The notes: generated by a model not told the origin, from the letters alone. A stretch of DNA of 46,565 nt from Acidimicrobiales bacterium (GCA_040905815.1 JBBDQT010000066.1:1-46565), one strand, 5' to 3'. Shown: positions 19,668-30,012, counted from the stretch's first letter. Program-made: numbers and translations.

Positions 19668-20719
19668 TCGAGAGGATCGAAGGGCTGCCGCTCGTCATCG
19701 ACGGGCACATCGACTCGCTGCAGAGCTGCGAGGTCGAGATGCGTGACTTCCTCGAGGAGTCGGAGAAGGGCCACGTCGACCTCCCCAGAGCGAAGCGGGG
19801 CGGGCTCGGCGGGATGTTCGCTTCGATCTACCTCCGTCCCACCCAGGTCGAGACAAACGCGCTCGGCTATGCCATGAAGTACTTCGACGACCTGCTCCGA
19901 CTGGTTGACCGCTCTGACGGCGACATGGAGCTCATCCGGACCGCCGACCAGCTCGACAGCGCGATCGATCGAGGCACGTTCGCCATGATCCCCCACATCG
20001 AGGGTGCAGAGGCGATCTCCCGGAGCCTCAAGGAGCTGCGGGTGCTGTACGAGGCCGGCCTGCGATCGGTCGGCGTCGTCCACGCCCGCCCGAACATGTT
20101 CGGCCAGGGCGTGCCGATACCCCGCCGGCCCGACATGATCCACGGCGTGCCGGCGAGCACCCACGCATGGGGGCTCCGGAACGGACGGGAGCTCCCGTAC
20201 CCGACGGCGGGACTCACCGACCTCGGGCGGGAGCTCGTCTACGAGTGCCAGCAGCTCGGCATCGCCGTCGACGCCTCCCACCTGACACCCCAGGGCTTCT
20301 GGGACGTGGCCAAGGAGTCGACTCGGCCTTTCCTCTGCACCCACAGCAGCGTCAAGGCGATCTGCGACCATCCCCGCAACCTCGACGATGATCAGCTGCG
20401 AGCCGTCGCCGACGCCGACGCCGTCGTCGGCATCAACTTCTTCGTGTGCTTCCTCCGGCCGGACAAGCAGCGTGATCCCGACACACCGATCGAGCTTGTG
20501 CTGCAGCACATCGATTACGTCGTGCAGCTGATCGGTGACGGCCACGTCGCCATCGGCACCGACTTCGACGGGGCGAACATGCCGGATTCGGTGAGCGACG
20601 CCTCGAAGATGATCGATGTGGTCCGTGGCATGCGTGACCAGCTCGGCTACTCCGACGACCGGTTGGAGCGGATCTGCAACGGCAACTGGCGGCGCGTCCT
20701 TCGCGCCGCGTGGAACTGA
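19664..20719 (+). CDS. Membrane (renal-type, M19) dipeptidase family metallohydrolase
   Basis: IDGHID, HVDLPR, HIEGAE, GLT.LG.ELV, D.SH, THS, HPRNLDD, GTDFDG, GNW.RV. Confidence 0.88.
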   Translation: MIERIEGLPLVIDGHIDSLQSCEVEMRDFLEESEKGHVDLPRAKRGGLGGMFASIYLRPTQVETNALGYAMKYFDDLLRLVDRSDGDMELIRTADQLDSAIDRGTFAMIPHIEGAEAISRSLKELRVLYEAGLRSVGVVHARPNMFGQGVPIPRRPDMIHGVPASTHAWGLRNGRELPYPTAGLTDLGRELVYECQQLGIAVDASHLTPQGFWDVAKESTRPFLCTHSSVKAICDHPRNLDDDQLRAVADADAVVGINFFVCFLRPDKQRDPDTPIELVLQHIDYVVQLIGDGHVAIGTDFDGANMPDSVSDASKMIDVVRGMRDQLGYSDDRLERICNGNWRRVLRAAWN

Positions 20720-20735
20720 TGAGGAGCGAACGCAC

Positions 20736-21908
20736 ATGACCAGAGAGCGGACCGTACTGCTCGAGGACCCCGCCCGCCCTGGAGCGGCAGCCGTGATCAA
20801 GTCCGGCCCCTTCCTCTTCCTGTCATCGGTCGATGGCGACACGGACCCGAAGACGGGTCACAAGGACATCTCCTCGTTTGGTGATGGGCCCGCCCAAGCG
20901 CGCAATGCCTACCAGACCGTCGTGGACAGGCTGGTGGAGTGCGGCTACGACGGTTCGGCGGCGGTCCGGATCGAGCACGCCACATCGAGCCAGGAGTGGC
21001 GGCTTGCCCGCATGGCGCTGTGGCCGGAGTACTTCGGCGAGCCCACACAGGCCGTCAGCCAGGGCTACCAGGGCAAGATGGCCGGTCAGAACATGATCAC
21101 CGTCACGACGGTGGCTACGACTGGCGAAGTGGAGCGGGAGATCATCACGCCCGGACCCAACCCCGGTCGGGCGTCGCGCATCAGTCGTTGTGGCCCGTTC
21201 TTGTTCATCATCGGCGTCCGGGGGCAGACCGACCTGGCAACCGGTGAGGACTCGCCCGAGGAGAGCCCCGAGGCGTTCGCCGCACAGGTCCGGACGGCCT
21301 ACCGGAACATCGACCACCACCTCGGCTCTGCGGGAGCCGACAAGCACCATCTCGTGCGCTTCGACGGGTTCATACGTGACATCAACAGGGCCATGGAGCA
21401 CCGCGATCTGCGCACGGAGCACTTCGACGGGCGCATGGACGTCGCGAGCACGGTCGTCGCCTGTCCGCTCGGCGGTCGCTCGGACATCGAGCTGAGCGCC
21501 ATGGCTGTCCGCCCGGGCGAGGAGAGAGACGTCACCTTCTACGAGGGTAGGACCGACCTTGCCAGGACGGTGCGGGCCGGAGGCTTCATCTTCGCATCGG
21601 GCGCTCTGGGGAACCGGGGTGTCGACGGAAAGCTCCGAGACGACGTGTGCGGGAAGCTCGAGCCGCAGCTGGACCTCGCCCTCGAACGCATCGCTGCGTC
21701 CCTCGACGACTACTCGGCGCCGCTGGAGTCCGTCGTACGCCTCGATGTGTACGTGAAAGACCAGCACCGCTACGACGATGTCCACCGCTGGCTGCATGAC
21801 CGCTTCAACGGCGACGTTCCGACCGTCGCCATGCACGGCATCGAGCTCGAGTCCACGGCTGAGGCAGAGCTGACGGCGATCGCGGCGGACGATCGAGCTG
21901 CCACATGA
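20736..21908 (+). CDS. Rid/YjgF-superfamily protein with three tandem Rid domains
   Basis: Three ~130-aa repeats, each with G[P/G]F[L/I]F, Q.....[Y/L], VR and a terminal (I/A)E-type strand; GAGGAG RBS. Confidence 0.75.
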   Translation: MTRERTVLLEDPARPGAAAVIKSGPFLFLSSVDGDTDPKTGHKDISSFGDGPAQARNAYQTVVDRLVECGYDGSAAVRIEHATSSQEWRLARMALWPEYFGEPTQAVSQGYQGKMAGQNMITVTTVATTGEVEREIITPGPNPGRASRISRCGPFLFIIGVRGQTDLATGEDSPEESPEAFAAQVRTAYRNIDHHLGSAGADKHHLVRFDGFIRDINRAMEHRDLRTEHFDGRMDVASTVVACPLGGRSDIELSAMAVRPGEERDVTFYEGRTDLARTVRAGGFIFASGALGNRGVDGKLRDDVCGKLEPQLDLALERIAASLDDYSAPLESVVRLDVYVKDQHRYDDVHRWLHDRFNGDVPTVAMHGIELESTAEAELTAIAADDRAAT

Positions 21909-23560
21909 GCACTGGCGGCGAGATGGTGGTGCGAGCGCTCGAGGAAGTCGGGGTCGAGGTCGTCTTCGGGATAGTCAGCGTCCACAACCTGCCGATCTAC
22001 GAGGCGCTGCGGCACCACCCGGCGATCCGGACGGTCGCGGTGCGTCATGAGCAGACGGCGCTCGGCATGGCCGATGGCTACGCCCGGACCACAGGGCGCC
22101 TCGGGGTCGCCATCACGAGCACCGGTCCCGGCGCCGCCAACGGCATGGGCGCCATGCTCGAGGCTTGGACCTCGTCATCGCCCGTGCTCCACCTCACCGG
22201 GCAGATCGACTCCCACCACCTCGACCAGGGCCGTGGCTTCATCCACGAGTGCAAGGACCAGCTGGGGATGCTGAGCAGTGCTGCCAAGTGGGTGCGCCGC
22301 GTCGGGACGGCAGGCGAGATCCGCCAGGTCGTGCACACGGCCGCGCTCCAAGCCATGGCCCCGCGCCGGGGGCCGGCCGCCGTCGAGATCCCGATCGACC
22401 TCCAGTACCAAGGCGTCGAGGACAGCGGTGAGGCGCTGCCCACGCTCCCGCAGCCGCCACGCCCTTCATCCGGTGCCATCGACGATGCCGTGGCCGCCAT
22501 CGCCGCAGCCGCTCGACCGCTCATCTGGGCCGGTGGTGGCGTGCTCGCCTCCGGCGCCGAGGGGCGCGTCGCAGACCTTGCCCATCGGCTTGGAGCGGGC
22601 GTCATCACCAGCGCATCGGGACGTGGAGCCATCTCAGAGGATGACCCGCTCTGCCTCGGCAACCTCTCTTGGGAGCAGGCGGTGCGGGACCTCGCGGCCG
22701 AGGCTGATCTCTTGATCGCGGTCGGCACCCGGTTCCAGGGGCCGAACACCGAGAACTGGAAGATGAAGCTGCCCTCCCGGCTCGTGCACATCGACGTGGA
22801 TCCCCAGGTCATCGGCACCAACTATCCGGCGCAGGTCGCGGTGGTGGGCGACGCTCGCACTGCTCTCACCGACATCTCGGCCCGCCTCCCGACGGGCACG
22901 TCCCCTGACGAGGCGTGGGTCGCCGACGTCGGCCGGGCACGGGCGCAGGCGCGGGCCCGCCTCCGTTCCACGTTGGGGCCCTGGGAGGTCTGGCTCGACG
23001 CCGTCACCGAGCTGCTCCCGGGCCCCGGGACGGTGGTGGTCAAGGACTCCACGATCCCGGCCTACACCTGGGGCAACCGGCTCCTTCCGGTGCGGGAGCC
23101 CCGCACGGCCATCCAACCCACCAGCTTCGCCATCGGGCTCGGTCTCCCCCACGCCCTCGGTGCCGCTGTCGGTCGTCCTGATGAGGCCACGATCTGCATC
23201 GTCGGCGACGGGGGCTTCATGCTCGCTGCCACCGAGATCAGCACTGCTGTCCAGCACGGCATCCCCGTGGTGATCCTCCTTTTCAACGACCGCGGCTACG
23301 GCATCCTCAGGAACATCCAGGCAGCGCAGTTCGATGCCGCGTTCAAGGTCGACCTCGCCACCCCTGACTTCTGCGCGCTCGCCATGTCCATGGGAGCCGG
23401 CGCCACCAGGGTCACCTCCGTCGACGAGCTGGAGAAGGCCCTACCGGCCGCACTGGAGTCCGGTGTCGTGACGTTGATCGAGATCGACATGACCGCGGTC
23501 GGTGACATGGCGGTGACCTACACCGGAACGTCAAAGCCGCCTGCCAGCACCACGGCTTGA
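21905..23560 (+). CDS. Thiamine diphosphate-dependent enzyme (acetolactate synthase-like superfamily, resembling PRK07064)
   Basis: RHEQ, ADGYAR, STGPG, GDGGF...NDRGYG ThDP motif; SVHNLPI and TWGNRLL segments. Confidence 0.85.
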   Translation: MSTGGEMVVRALEEVGVEVVFGIVSVHNLPIYEALRHHPAIRTVAVRHEQTALGMADGYARTTGRLGVAITSTGPGAANGMGAMLEAWTSSSPVLHLTGQIDSHHLDQGRGFIHECKDQLGMLSSAAKWVRRVGTAGEIRQVVHTAALQAMAPRRGPAAVEIPIDLQYQGVEDSGEALPTLPQPPRPSSGAIDDAVAAIAAAARPLIWAGGGVLASGAEGRVADLAHRLGAGVITSASGRGAISEDDPLCLGNLSWEQAVRDLAAEADLLIAVGTRFQGPNTENWKMKLPSRLVHIDVDPQVIGTNYPAQVAVVGDARTALTDISARLPTGTSPDEAWVADVGRARAQARARLRSTLGPWEVWLDAVTELLPGPGTVVVKDSTIPAYTWGNRLLPVREPRTAIQPTSFAIGLGLPHALGAAVGRPDEATICIVGDGGFMLAATEISTAVQHGIPVVILLFNDRGYGILRNIQAAQFDAAFKVDLATPDFCALAMSMGAGATRVTSVDELEKALPAALESGVVTLIEIDMTAVGDMAVTYTGTSKPPASTTA

Positions 23561-24876
23561 TGCAGGACGCTCGACAGCGATCGCCGGGAATCGACGGACA
23601 CCGAGGAGAACGACCAGGAGCGCGCGGCCGCCCCATCCTGCTCCAGCGCGACTTCGGGATCTTCTGGACGAGCGCCCTGCTCTCGACCTCAGGCATGTGG
23701 CTGTGGCGGATCACCAGTCCGATCCTCATGTTCCAGATGACCGGTTCGCCGCTCATGCTCGGCCTCTTGAGCCTCGCGTCCTATGGCCCCCTCCTCGCCT
23801 TCTCGTTCCTTGGCGGCATGCTTGCCGACCGCTTTCCGCGGCGCGTCATGATCGCGTCGTGCCAGAGCTTCACAGCAGCGTTGTTCCTCGGCCTCGCTGT
23901 CGCCGGCTGGACGGTCGGGTTCTCGCCTGCCCTGATCTTCCTCGTGGCGGTGTGCGAGGGCGTCTCGTACTCACTGGCGAAGCCCTCTCTCCAGGCGCTC
24001 GTCTACGAGTTCGTGGAACCGGGAGAGCTGTCCCGCGCCGTGGCGGTCAACACGGCGCAGTTCACCATCGCCCAGCTCGTCGGGCCGACGACGGCGACGG
24101 CGCTGATCGTCATCGGCGGGCACTCCCTCGCGCTCGTCGCGGCTGCGGGCCTCTACGTGCCGCTTGTGATCGCGATGTTCGTGCTCCGACCCCGCAGCGG
24201 CACGACGACGACCCTGAGCACCGAGCGAGGGCGCGAGCTGTTCAAGGGGGGCCTCACAGCGATCCGCGTGCCGAGCACCGCAGCTCTTCTGCTCGTGATC
24301 GCTGTCGGCAGCATCGGCATCGAAGGTGGCGTCCGCGTGCTGGCACCACAGTTCGCCGCAGCCGCGCTCGGTCGCGCGGAGAGCGCTGCGGGACTGATCA
24401 TCTCTGGTCAGGCGGTAGGCGCAACACTTGCCGTGCTGCTGGTGGGTACGGTCGCTCGTCGGTGGACGGAGACGGCGATCGCCCGATCTGGCTTCGTCGT
24501 GATGAGCGTTGCGCTCGTCTGCTATTCCCTGGCCCCGAACCTCGAGGTGGCCTTGGCGCTCGCTGCCGTGGCGGGCGCCGCCCAGGCCATGACGTTCAGC
24601 GTTGCCACCGCCCTCATCCACCGGGTGACGCTCGACGAGCTCCGAGGCAGGGTGATGGCGGTCCACGCGATGGCGCTGCTCGGCATGCGGCCGGTCGCCG
24701 GCCTCGTCGCCGGATCTCTCTCCGCGCTGCTCGGGCCGAGGGTGGCGTCGGCCTCGTTCATGATCCTCCCGGTGATCGGCGTGGTGCTCGTCCGTCGGCT
24801 CAGCAGGCTTCTCGAGGCGCGCGTCGCCGAGGTCGAAGGCGCGACGGACCTGCACGTAGAGACGACAGCCCCATAG
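23560..24876 (+). CDS. MFS transporter (DHA3/MFS_3-like)
   Basis: Many transmembrane helices, GMLADRFPRR motif A, DELRGRVMA; TGATG coupling. Confidence 0.88.
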   Translation: MQDARQRSPGIDGHRGERPGARGRPILLQRDFGIFWTSALLSTSGMWLWRITSPILMFQMTGSPLMLGLLSLASYGPLLAFSFLGGMLADRFPRRVMIASCQSFTAALFLGLAVAGWTVGFSPALIFLVAVCEGVSYSLAKPSLQALVYEFVEPGELSRAVAVNTAQFTIAQLVGPTTATALIVIGGHSLALVAAAGLYVPLVIAMFVLRPRSGTTTTLSTERGRELFKGGLTAIRVPSTAALLLVIAVGSIGIEGGVRVLAPQFAAAALGRAESAAGLIISGQAVGATLAVLLVGTVARRWTETAIARSGFVVMSVALVCYSLAPNLEVALALAAVAGAAQAMTFSVATALIHRVTLDELRGRVMAVHAMALLGMRPVAGLVAGSLSALLGPRVASASFMILPVIGVVLVRRLSRLLEARVAEVEGATDLHVETTAP

Positions 24877-24899
24877 AGGACGACAGCAAGGAGCACACG

Positions 24900-26267
24900 A
24901 TGACGTTCACGAGCATGAACCCACATCGCCCGGCCGACGTGGTCGCAACGGCGGAGGAGACCGACGTCGGTTCGGTGGACCGCGCCGTCAAGGTGGCGGG
25001 CCCGGCGGCGGACGTGTGGTGGCACCAGCCGGTTGCGGCACGCAGCGCCGCGCTGCGTGGTATCGGTGACACGTTGCGGGATCGGCTCGAGGAGCTGGCG
25101 CAGCTGACGACCCGTGAGATCGGCAAGCCGATCACCGAGGCCCGCGGTGAGGTGGTCCGGGCCATCTCGATCTTCCACTACTACGCCCAGATGCTTCTTG
25201 GTCCCGACGGCGAGTCGTATCCCGCCTCGTTGCCCGGTGCGTGGCTGCTCGTCCGACGCTTCCCGATCGGCGTCTGCGGTCTGGTCACGCCCTGGAACTT
25301 CCCCGTCGCGATTCCCGCGTGGAAGCTCGCGCCCGCCATCGCCTATGGCAACGCGGTGCTCCTCAAACCCGCGCCGCCGGCGACGCAGACCGCCCTACTG
25401 CTCGGCGAGATCGTGAACGCGCACGTACCGGGGGACCTCGTGCAGGTGCTGCCAGGCGGCGGTCCGACGGGCGAAGCGCTCGTGGGGCATCGTGGCGTCG
25501 GCGCCATCTCGTTCACCGGTTCGGCCGCGGTCGGGCGGATGGTCGCCCCCGCCGTGGTGTCCCGCGGCGGCAAAGTCCAATGCGAGATGGGAGGCCAGAA
25601 CGCGTCTCTCGTCCTGGCAGATGCCGATCTCGACAGAGCCGTCCAGGCCATCTCCTTCGCCGCCATGGGCTACGCCGGGCAGAAGTGCACCGCCACCAGC
25701 CGCGTCATCGTCGAGGCTCCGGTGTATGACGAGTTCCGGAGCCTGCTCGTAGATGCGGTCGAGGCCATGCAGGTGCGCGATCCCAGCCGGGACGAGTGCC
25801 AGGTCGGTCCGCTGATCGACGAGGCATCTCGGGATCGGGCACTGCGAGCCATCGCCGCGAGCGGCGGCGACGTGCTGACGGGCGGGGCTGCGATGGAAGG
25901 TGACGGGTTCTACCTCCAGCCCACGCTCGTGGAGGTGAGGGATGGTGAAGACATCCTTGCGCAGGAGGAGGTCTTCGCGCCGGTGACGGCGCTCATGCGT
26001 GCTGATTCGGCCGATGCGGCCGTCGACATCGCGAACGACGTCCGGTACGGCCTGTCGGCGGCGATCTTCACGAGTGACCTGGGCGGGACCATACGGCTCG
26101 GCGACCGGCTGGAAGCGGGTCTCGTCCGCGTCAACGCGCCGACTGCTGGCGTCGACTTCCATGTGCCCTTCGGCGGCCTCAAGGACTCAAGTCTCGGAAG
26201 CCGCGAGCAGGGACTTGCAGCCCGGGACTTCTACAGCGAGACGCGAACGATCATGATCGCCGGATGA
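24900..26267 (+). CDS. Aldehyde dehydrogenase (2,5-dioxopentanoate/KGSADH-like)
   Basis: TPWNFP.AIPAWK, FTGS, EMGG, GQKCTA, EEVFAP, PFGG.K.S; AAGGAG RBS. Confidence 0.88.
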   Translation: MTFTSMNPHRPADVVATAEETDVGSVDRAVKVAGPAADVWWHQPVAARSAALRGIGDTLRDRLEELAQLTTREIGKPITEARGEVVRAISIFHYYAQMLLGPDGESYPASLPGAWLLVRRFPIGVCGLVTPWNFPVAIPAWKLAPAIAYGNAVLLKPAPPATQTALLLGEIVNAHVPGDLVQVLPGGGPTGEALVGHRGVGAISFTGSAAVGRMVAPAVVSRGGKVQCEMGGQNASLVLADADLDRAVQAISFAAMGYAGQKCTATSRVIVEAPVYDEFRSLLVDAVEAMQVRDPSRDECQVGPLIDEASRDRALRAIAASGGDVLTGGAAMEGDGFYLQPTLVEVRDGEDILAQEEVFAPVTALMRADSADAAVDIANDVRYGLSAAIFTSDLGGTIRLGDRLEAGLVRVNAPTAGVDFHVPFGGLKDSSLGSREQGLAARDFYSETRTIMIAG

Positions 26268-27154
26268 GCGCCGGCGAGCGTGCCGTGGGCATCCGGGTCG
26301 ACCTGAAGCTTCCGCCGCAACACGTGGCGTGGCCTGTCCTCCGCGATGCCTCCCTGGAGGCCGATCGTGCCGACGCCTTCACGTCCCTCTGGTTCTTCGA
26401 CCATCTGCACTCCGTCAGCTCGGGCCCGAATCCCTCTCCGGAGCCCGGACCGTGCTTCGAGGGTTGGAGCATCCTCGCCGGCCTCGCCACCGTCACCGAC
26501 AAGATCCGTCTCGGCCTCATGGTGAGCGCCGTGCCGTACCGGCACCCCGGCGTCCTCGCGAACATCGTGGCCACCATCGATGTGATGTCAGGGGGTCGCG
26601 TCGACCTCGGCCTCGGCGCTGGCAACAACCTCGAAGAGGTCACGGCCTACGGGATCAACATGGGACCGCCGGGGGAGCGCATCGCTGCCCTCGATGAGGC
26701 GTGCACCGTCCTCCGGGCTCTCCTCGGCCCTGACGACGTCGTCTCCTTCGCGGGCGCGCACTTCTCCCTCGAGGGCGCTCGCTGTTTGCCAAAGCCGGTC
26801 CAGACCCGGGTGCCGTTCTTCATCGGCGGCAAGGGCGAACGCAAGACGCTGCCCCTCGTCGCCCGTCACGGTGACGGATGGAACTACTCCAACGGGACGC
26901 CGGAGGAGTTCGCCGCCAAGTTGGCGGTGCTGCGAGCATCTTGTGAGGCATTCGGTCGGGAGCCCGGAGCGGTCATGCCGTCGGTGCAGGTCCGTGCGCT
27001 CCCGGGCGAGCTCCACACCGTGGCCGCCAACGCGCAGGGCTACATCGCCGCCGGCGCCCGCCACATCATCTTGTACACGCCAGCCGATCCCGCGTCCGTC
27101 GAGCCGCTCGCGCGCATAGCGGACGAGCTGCGTGCACACGGCGCTGCGCTGTGA
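26264..27154 (+). CDS. LLM-class flavin/F420-dependent oxidoreductase (Rv1855c-like)
   Basis: W.FDH, EGW..LAGLA, YRHP.VLA, SGGR..LGLGAG, PKPVQ, IGGKGE.KTL. Confidence 0.85.
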   Translation: MSAGERAVGIRVDLKLPPQHVAWPVLRDASLEADRADAFTSLWFFDHLHSVSSGPNPSPEPGPCFEGWSILAGLATVTDKIRLGLMVSAVPYRHPGVLANIVATIDVMSGGRVDLGLGAGNNLEEVTAYGINMGPPGERIAALDEACTVLRALLGPDDVVSFAGAHFSLEGARCLPKPVQTRVPFFIGGKGERKTLPLVARHGDGWNYSNGTPEEFAAKLAVLRASCEAFGREPGAVMPSVQVRALPGELHTVAANAQGYIAAGARHIILYTPADPASVEPLARIADELRAHGAAL

Positions 27155-27195
27155 TGTCGATGGGCGAGCCCGTCTCCCATGAAGGAGCCTGACCC

Positions 27196-28968
27196 ATGCG
27201 AGTAGCAGTCCTGATCAAGCAGATCCCACGACCGGACCAGCTTCGTCTCCTGGACGGACGGTTGGTCCGAGAGGGGGTGGAGCTCGAGGTGAACGCCTAC
27301 TGCCGGCGCGCCAACGCCAAGGCGGTGGAGCTGGCGGGACCCGACGGCGAGGTCGTCGTGTTCACCATGGGCCCCCCGTCGGCAGGGGACGCGCTCCGCG
27401 AGATGCTGGCCTGCGACGCCACCCGGGCGGTCCATCTCTGTGATCTTGCCTTTGCTGGCTCCGACACGCTCGCCACTGCACGCACACTCGCTACGGCAAT
27501 CAGACGGGAGGGACCCTTCGACCTCGTCCTCTGCGGTCTCAACTCGCTCGATTCGGATACGGGTCAGGTCGGCCCTGAGCTGGCCGAGCTGCTGGGGCTG
27601 CCGTTCGCGCCGGGGGCGCGCGAGCTCATGCTGCATGACGGCACGGTGCGAGCGAAGTGCGAGACCGATGATGGGTACCGGTGGGTGACCGGCGATCTGC
27701 CGCTCGTGCTCTCGACGGCCGAGCGCCTCTGCGACCCGTCGAAGGCAGCGCCGTCCGCCCGCGCTCAGGTGTCAGCGGACCGGCTTCTGCAGCTGGGCGC
27801 CGAAGAGCTCGGTCTGAGCGCGAGGGAGGTCGGGGCAGCGGGATCGCCTACCTCGGTCGGCCCGGTCCGCGTGGCTGAGGTGTCCCGCCGCCAGCGCGTC
27901 GTCCGAGGGGCCGCGGAGGCGATCGAGGCGCTGGCTGAGCTAGGGGCCTTCGATGGTGCGTCCAGTCTGAAGGGTCTCGATCCGGTGCCGGAGACCGGAG
28001 GGGAGGGTCCGGCGGTCTGGTGCTTCCTCGACCCCGCCGACTCCGCGCCCGAGCGGGAGCTCATCGGGGAGGCGGCAGGCCTCGCTGCCCGCCTCTCCGG
28101 TTCGGTCACCGTGGTCACGCCCGAGCCTGCCCCGCCGGGTCTCGGCGCCGCGGGTGCCGATCGCGTGCTCCTCATCCCTGACGCGACAGAGCCGGAGCAG
28201 TGGGCGAACGCGCTCGCGAGGGCGAGTGCCGACGCGCTGCCGTGGGCATTGCTCGTCGACGGCACGCGGACCGGTCGGGCGGTGGCGTCTCTCGTGGCTG
28301 CCCGGAACGGGTGGGGGCTGACGGGAGATGCCATCGGTCTCGAGGTCTCGGATGGTTGCCGCCTCGTGGCGCTCAAGCCGGCGTTCGGCGGGCAGCTCGT
28401 TGCGCCGATCGAGAGCTCGTCGCCGGTTCAGGTGGCGACCGTGCGTCCAGGTGTGCTGCCGCGGCGGCTGCCCCGATCGGCACCCGACCCTGTGCCGGAG
28501 CTCCTGCCGGCCCCGGGTCGCGCCCGCATCTGCACCACAGATGTCGTGGTCGAGGACCCGCTCCTCCGGGAGCTGCTCGCCGCTCAGGCGGTGGTGGGCG
28601 TGGGGACGGGCGTTGCACCGGATGAGTACGTGTGGCTGGATCCGTTGCGCGAGCTGCTCGGAGGCGCGCCGCTCGGCGCCACCCGAAAGGTCACCGACCG
28701 TGGGTGGTTGCCACGGAGCCGCCAGATCGGGGTCACCGGCCACGCCATCGGCCCCGAGCTCTACGTCGCGGTGGGCCTCAGCGGCAAGCTCAACCACATG
28801 ATCGGGGTGCGGAACTCCAAGGTCCTGTTGGCCATCAACGAGGATGTCCACGCGGAGGTGTTCCGGCAAGCTGATGTCGGGCTCGTCGGCGACTGGAAGG
28901 TCCTCGTCCCCGAGCTCGCCTCCGAGCTCCGGGCGCTCCATGCGTCGACCGGCGACCTGTCCGTTTGA
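27196..28968 (+). CDS. Fused electron transfer flavoprotein beta-alpha
   Basis: N-terminal ETF-beta (IKQIP, TMGPP, AGSDTLATA, DSDTGQVG); C-terminal ETF-alpha (KPAFGG, QIGVTG, LYVAVGLSG..NH.IG, AIN.D). Confidence 0.88.
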   Translation: MRVAVLIKQIPRPDQLRLLDGRLVREGVELEVNAYCRRANAKAVELAGPDGEVVVFTMGPPSAGDALREMLACDATRAVHLCDLAFAGSDTLATARTLATAIRREGPFDLVLCGLNSLDSDTGQVGPELAELLGLPFAPGARELMLHDGTVRAKCETDDGYRWVTGDLPLVLSTAERLCDPSKAAPSARAQVSADRLLQLGAEELGLSAREVGAAGSPTSVGPVRVAEVSRRQRVVRGAAEAIEALAELGAFDGASSLKGLDPVPETGGEGPAVWCFLDPADSAPERELIGEAAGLAARLSGSVTVVTPEPAPPGLGAAGADRVLLIPDATEPEQWANALARASADALPWALLVDGTRTGRAVASLVAARNGWGLTGDAIGLEVSDGCRLVALKPAFGGQLVAPIESSSPVQVATVRPGVLPRRLPRSAPDPVPELLPAPGRARICTTDVVVEDPLLRELLAAQAVVGVGTGVAPDEYVWLDPLRELLGGAPLGATRKVTDRGWLPRSRQIGVTGHAIGPELYVAVGLSGKLNHMIGVRNSKVLLAINEDVHAEVFRQADVGLVGDWKVLVPELASELRALHASTGDLSV

Positions 28969-28973
28969 CGTCG

Positions 28974-29735
28974 TCACCCCCAGCCGATGATCTCGTCGAA
29001 CAACGGCAGGTAGCGCTTCCTGAACGACTCCACGAACTCGTGCATGTGCACCCGCATGAGCTCTTCGGCCAGGCCGGCGTCGCCGTCGAGGATCGCGCCG
29101 GCGATTGCCTCGTGCTCCTCCTTGACCTCTTCCCAGCGGGAGGCAGGCTGGTGGGACGTGAGCACCCGATCGGTGAATATCTCCTTGAGCGCTCGTCCGA
29201 AGAGGTCGAGCACGCCGTTGCCGGAGAGTCCAGCGATCACACCGTGAAAGTCCTGGGTGACGGAGAGGTAACCGGCCGGGTCGTTCTCGGCATCGAGCGT
29301 GCGGTGCTGTTCGAGGCAGCGCTCCAGCTCGGCGAGGCGACCCGGATCCCGCCGCTCAGCGGCAAGCTTCGCCATGAGTGGCTCGATCACCATGCGAGCT
29401 TCGATCAGCTCGCTGAACCGAGTACGACCCATTTGGAGAAAGAGGCTGGTCGTGCTCCCGAAGTGCGCGGGATCGACCGTGCTCACGAGAGGGCCTCCAC
29501 CGGGGCCGGGCCGCACGGTGATCAATCCGTTCGACTCGAGGATGCGCAGTGCTTCCCGCAGGGACGATCGACTCACCTGATACAGGTGGAGCATCACCGC
29601 TTCGCCGGGGAGCAGCGACCCTGCCGGTAGGTCTTTGTCGACGATGTCCTGCACGATCTGCCGGGCGACGAGCTCCGAGACCTTCCGACCTCTCGGCCGG
29701 TGGCTTCCTTGGGGTCGGATGGGCAGAACCGCCAT
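28974..29735 (-). CDS. FadR/GntR family transcriptional regulator
   Basis: G..LP.E, VSRSSLREALR.LE..GLI..RPG.GG winged HTH; FCD domain (FH..IA..SGN, EH..I); GGAG RBS before ATG 29735. Confidence 0.92.
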   Translation of the reverse strand: MAVLPIRPQGSHRPRGRKVSELVARQIVQDIVDKDLPAGSLLPGEAVMLHLYQVSRSSLREALRILESNGLITVRPGPGGGPLVSTVDPAHFGSTTSLFLQMGRTRFSELIEARMVIEPLMAKLAAERRDPGRLAELERCLEQHRTLDAENDPAGYLSVTQDFHGVIAGLSGNGVLDLFGRALKEIFTDRVLTSHQPASRWEEVKEEHEAIAGAILDGDAGLAEELMRVHMHEFVESFRKRYLPLFDEIIGWG

Positions 29736-30012
29736 GGACTCTCCAGCTTCGAGCTTCCGGTCGTTCACCGGGACGCTTCCATGGTGCTGTGACGGACGAC
29801 GTCGGTCGGCACCCTTTGAACATGGCAGGCGCGCGCGTTGACGGCTAGGGCCGCCGGACGACAGGAAGATGAGTGCGCGGACGCTGGAGACTGCCTTATG
29901 ATCATCACACGAGATTACCGATCGGAGCGCCACGCTGTCCATGCTTCGAAGGGCTGTCTGATGGCCGGGCGCAAGTGAACAGCGCCGGCCGGGCGGTTCG
30001 GGGGAAGGGGAT

